A DNA stretch of 60,532 bases from a virus (Duplodnaviria; Caudoviricetes): positions 1 through 60,532 of the IMG/VR virus record IMGVR_UViG_3300021085_000031; one strand, written 5' to 3'. Of this stretch, positions 57,092 to 60,532 are shown one piece after another (the first letter of the stretch is position 1; every line of letters begins with the position of its first letter). A program made the position numbers and the translations under genes. A model generated the notes under the pieces. The model ran no database searches. It had not been told where the DNA came from and saw only the letters and a program-made list of their open reading frames with translations.

Positions 57092-60000
57092 ATGACTGAT
57101 AAAATTATTGTCAAAAAAGTAGTTGTCGGTACACCCATTAAGAAGGTTACTGCGGGTGCGTTTAGTATATCTAACCTCGCTGGTGTTGACGTTAGTGCAA
57201 CAGAATCCGATGGTTCTATCCTTGCGTATAACAAATCTACGAGTAAGTGGGAAATCACTAACTTACGTACAGATGAGAATATCACTGCTGTCTTTGATAG
57301 TGAACAAAATAAATACACCTTTGGCTTGACAAACTCGTCATTTACTGGTAGTATAGTTCCAGACTCCAATGAGGCATATGACCTTGGTAGTGCAACTAAA
57401 AAATGGAAAGACCTATACCTAAGTGGCAATACTATTACGTTAGGAACCCTATCTCTAAAAGATAGTGGTGGTAACTTAACTGTAGTTGACGCAAACAATA
57501 ATAAAATAAACCTTGATATATCTTTAAGTACAAACAATACTGCGGTATTCTCTTTTGATAGTGCGACTGGTACATTCACATTCAATGATTCAGACCTTGC
57601 ACAAACAGATGTCGCAGAGACTTTCCATCAAGGATTGACTATCGTCAATGGTGCGACTATTGATAGTGCGACAATCACCAACATTGCAAACACACAATTA
57701 ACAGGAAGTCAAGCGACTTTCGATAGTGCTAACATTGGTACTCTACGAGTAACTGGTAATACCGTCTTAGATGGTAATCTGACCATTACGGGTACTGAGA
57801 CTACCGTAAACACTGAAACAATTAATCTTGCTGATAACACGATTGTTCTTAACTCCAATGCAACAGGAGCCCCAACCGAGAATGCGGGTATTGAAATTGA
57901 ACGTGGTGACTCTGCAAACAAAACATTCTTGTGGAACGAAGGTGCTCAATACTGGGATATAGGTTCAGATACTTTTCATACCACGGGTAAGATTTTATTC
58001 GGTAACGTCTATAGTTCAGAAGCTGACCTTCCAGATGCAAATGCCTATCATGGTATGTTCGCACATGTTCACGGAACAGGTAAAGGTTACTTTGCACATG
58101 GTGGTCAGTGGAGAAAATTAGTAGACTCCGATAACACTGCACAACAACAAGTATACAATCTTACATCTGCAATAGCAGATATCACAGATGGTACAATCAC
58201 TACACTTTACAACCAGAATCTCATTGGTGGTCAAGCAACATTTGATTCTGCAAGTATAACGTCACTTGGTAAGGTTGCTGGTGTTGATGCAACAACAACC
58301 GCAACTATGCGTGGTCTATTCTCCGCTGGGGGTGACTTAACATATAACAGTGGTACTGGACAATTCACGTTTGATGTAGAAGATGTCTACACCAAAGCAA
58401 ACTTTGATTCTGATTTAGGACTCGCAAACAGTGGTCAACTACCAGAAGGTACAAACTTATATTACACTACTACTCGTGCTGATTCTGATTTCGATGTCAG
58501 ACTCGGCACGAAATCGACATCTGATGTCAGTGAGGGTAGTAACTTATACTACACCACTGCACGTGCCGATAGTGACGCAAAACGTTCCGTATCAGTAACA
58601 GATGCTGGGGGAGATGGTTCTCTTTCATATAATTCTACAACTGGTGTAATCACATATACTGGCCCAAGTGCAGCTGAAGTAAGACAACATTTCAGTGCTA
58701 GTGGTGACATAACTTATAATAGTACAACTGGTGTTTTCTCTATTGACGTGGAAGATGTTTATACGAAGGTTAACTTCGATAGTGACTTCCTAAGTCGATT
58801 GACTACACAGATTGATAGTGCGGGTATTACTACATTAACAAATACCAATGCAACTATCACAAACTTAACAGGAAGTCAAGCAACATTTGACTCTGCGAAC
58901 ATCACCTCTCTAGGTGCGGTAGCTGGTGTTGATGCAACAACAACTGCTACGATTCGTGGACTCTTTACTGGTGCTGGTGACCTAACTTACAATAATGCAA
59001 CAGGTGAATTCACTTTTGATGTAGAAAGTGTTTACACCAAAGCAAACTTTGATTCAGACCTTGGACTTGCAAACACAGGACAATTACCCGAAGGAAGTAA
59101 TCTCTACTATACCACTGCTCGTGCAGACTCGGATGCGAAGGCATCTTTATTAGTCAATGACGCTGGTGGTGATGGTTCATTGTCATATGACAGTGCAAGT
59201 GGTGTCTTTACTTACACAGGGCCTAATGCAACCGAAGTCAGAGCACACTTAACCGCAAATAAAGGACTTTCCGTTACTAACGGTGAGTTTAACATAGATT
59301 CTGACAATGTCAAGGGAATGTTCTCTGCGACTGACGCTGGTGGTGACGGAAGTTTCAGTTACAGTAACGGTGTCTTTACATATACAGGCCCATCTGCTAC
59401 TGAAGTCAGAGCACACTTAACTGCAAATAAAGGTTTATCTGTAACCTCTGGTGAGTTTAACATAGACTCCGCAAATGTCAAGGGAATGTTTGCAGGGAAC
59501 AAGGGTCTATCCTATACGGATGGAACATTCGATATTGACTCTGCTAATGTCAAGGGGATGTTTGCTGGTGACAAGGGTCTGACATATTCAAACGGAACAT
59601 TCAATATTGACTCCGCAAATGTCAAAGGAATGTTCTCGGTTACCGATGCAGGCGGAGATGGTTCTGCATCTTATAATTCTAGTACGGGTGTAATCACATA
59701 CACAGGCCCGAGTGCGTCCGAGACAAGAGCACATTTCTCAGGTTCAACAGGAGTAACCTATAATTCAGGTACAGGTGCAATTGCAATCGGTCAGTCAGTT
59801 GGTACTACCGATGATGTAACATTCGGTAAGGTAACTCAAGACAGTGCGGTATCGAAGGGTATTCAGTTTACTCCACAGACCTCTGCATTCTCGCAAACTG
59901 CTGGTTCATTGTACTTTGACTCTGAACAGAACAAGGGTCTTTCGGTTCGACTGCGTACTCAAGAAAACGCAAACCCCGATGTAAGTCTAAACGTTGGTCA

Positions 60001-60532
60001 AGAGACATTCCTGTATGTTTATAACGATACGGGTGCTCAGATTGACAATGGTGATGCGGTATACATCTCAGGTACACATACGGATGGTAAACCAAAAGTA
60101 ACACTTGCACGTGCAAATGCATCCAATTCGAGTGCTGTATTTGGTCTTGCGACAATGAACATTCCAGATGACGCTCATGGTTGGGTAACTCGTTATGGTC
60201 TGGTTCGTGATGTTAATACTGCGGGAATGACAGCAGGGAACACTCTGTTCCTATCCCCAGATTCTGCTGGTGTTGTGACAGAAACTCCAGTAACAGTTGA
60301 CACTGGTTTCCCACATCACATTGGTCGTGTCATTGTCGCTGATGCATCAAATGGTGTCATCCTTGTTGATGGTGCAAGTGAAAGCTTTGATGACCTACGT
60401 GTTGAAAATAAATTAAAGACTACTCAATTGGTTGCGGATTCGGCATCACTTCTGAACATTCAGTTTGATACGAGTACTTTTGATTCCCAACAACCAGAGA
60501 ATGAAGGTCTGTTGTATTATGATAATGCACAC
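57092..60532 (+). CDS. Giant tail-fibre protein, 3'-truncated by window edge (at least 1147 aa), not in ORF track
   Basis: ATG at 57092 (MTDKIIVKKVVVG), open to window end (...NEGLLYYDNAH); fibre motifs YDLGS..KKWKDLYLSG, EG.NLYYT..RA, DAGGDGS.SY..TGV.TYTGP. Confidence 0.9.
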   Translation, partial: MTDKIIVKKVVVGTPIKKVTAGAFSISNLAGVDVSATESDGSILAYNKSTSKWEITNLRTDENITAVFDSEQNKYTFGLTNSSFTGSIVPDSNEAYDLGSATKKWKDLYLSGNTITLGTLSLKDSGGNLTVVDANNNKINLDISLSTNNTAVFSFDSATGTFTFNDSDLAQTDVAETFHQGLTIVNGATIDSATITNIANTQLTGSQATFDSANIGTLRVTGNTVLDGNLTITGTETTVNTETINLADNTIVLNSNATGAPTENAGIEIERGDSANKTFLWNEGAQYWDIGSDTFHTTGKILFGNVYSSEADLPDANAYHGMFAHVHGTGKGYFAHGGQWRKLVDSDNTAQQQVYNLTSAIADITDGTITTLYNQNLIGGQATFDSASITSLGKVAGVDATTTATMRGLFSAGGDLTYNSGTGQFTFDVEDVYTKANFDSDLGLANSGQLPEGTNLYYTTTRADSDFDVRLGTKSTSDVSEGSNLYYTTARADSDAKRSVSVTDAGGDGSLSYNSTTGVITYTGPSAAEVRQHFSASGDITYNSTTGVFSIDVEDVYTKVNFDSDFLSRLTTQIDSAGITTLTNTNATITNLTGSQATFDSANITSLGAVAGVDATTTATIRGLFTGAGDLTYNNATGEFTFDVESVYTKANFDSDLGLANTGQLPEGSNLYYTTARADSDAKASLLVNDAGGDGSLSYDSASGVFTYTGPNATEVRAHLTANKGLSVTNGEFNIDSDNVKGMFSATDAGGDGSFSYSNGVFTYTGPSATEVRAHLTANKGLSVTSGEFNIDSANVKGMFAGNKGLSYTDGTFDIDSANVKGMFAGDKGLTYSNGTFNIDSANVKGMFSVTDAGGDGSASYNSSTGVITYTGPSASETRAHFSGSTGVTYNSGTGAIAIGQSVGTTDDVTFGKVTQDSAVSKGIQFTPQTSAFSQTAGSLYFDSEQNKGLSVRLRTQENANPDVSLNVGQETFLYVYNDTGAQIDNGDAVYISGTHTDGKPKVTLARANASNSSAVFGLATMNIPDDAHGWVTRYGLVRDVNTAGMTAGNTLFLSPDSAGVVTETPVTVDTGFPHHIGRVIVADASNGVILVDGASESFDDLRVENKLKTTQLVADSASLLNIQFDTSTFDSQQPENEGLLYYDNAH
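58230..59730 (+). repeat. Internal modular duplications in the giant fibre gene
   Basis: ~90-aa QATFDSA...NLYYT..RADSD module at ~58230 and ~58877; DAGGDGS...YTGP four times; F.IDS.NVKGMF five times (59288-59635). Confidence 0.85.

Noticed and set aside
56998-60155. Minus-strand and short ORFs listed in the track over the last 3.5 kb
   Set aside because: Shadows of the giant + strand fibre ORF starting at 57092
1-60532. Stop-codon reassignment or selenocysteine recoding
   Set aside because: Conserved genes are full length in code 11, and TAA, TAG and TGA all end genes at sensible boundaries; no suppressor tRNA seen

Overview
This is a 60.5-kb segment of a large T4-like myophage, probably marine or aquatic; the host cannot be determined from this window. 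The evidence is gp32, gp33, gp2, gp4, gp5, gp6, gp8, gp25, gp26, gp48, gp53 and gp54 homologues, TATAAATA late promoters and consensus sigma70 promoters. Layout: (1) 1-14.8 kb is a dense glycan-synthesis/tailoring island (GT9-, GT8- and GT25-like transferases, radical SAM/SPASM, ferritin-like diiron protein, class I glutamine amidotransferase, cupin, sulfotransferase-like proteins, methyltransferases, HAD-nucleotidyltransferase fusion) that also holds a thermonuclease and GroES and is followed by two tRNA-Arg genes. (2) 15-22 kb holds a late minus-strand operon, early small genes, gp33 and gp32. (3) 22-48 kb is the tail/baseplate module, with a cobalamin-dependent radical SAM gene inserted between gp4 and gp2 and gp5 split over three genes. 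(4) 48-60.5 kb holds fibre genes. The most striking observation is two paralogous ~825-aa proteins built from 4-residue repeats that are mirror-complementary at the amino-acid level. In 52261-54741, 66 tetrads either side of an AGGGKGGN loop obey a pairing rule (R/S opposite F; G opposite non-G), like an RNA stem-loop written in protein, and the paralog 49779-52250 parses as a multi-branched version. Other notable points are a probable -1 frameshift fusing gp26 to a gp51-like tail upstream of the tape-measure gene, and strong D-S-[D/A] motif enrichment in virion proteins, a candidate glycosylation sequon for the phage's own glycan machinery. All family calls come from motif recognition by eye; no database searches were run.
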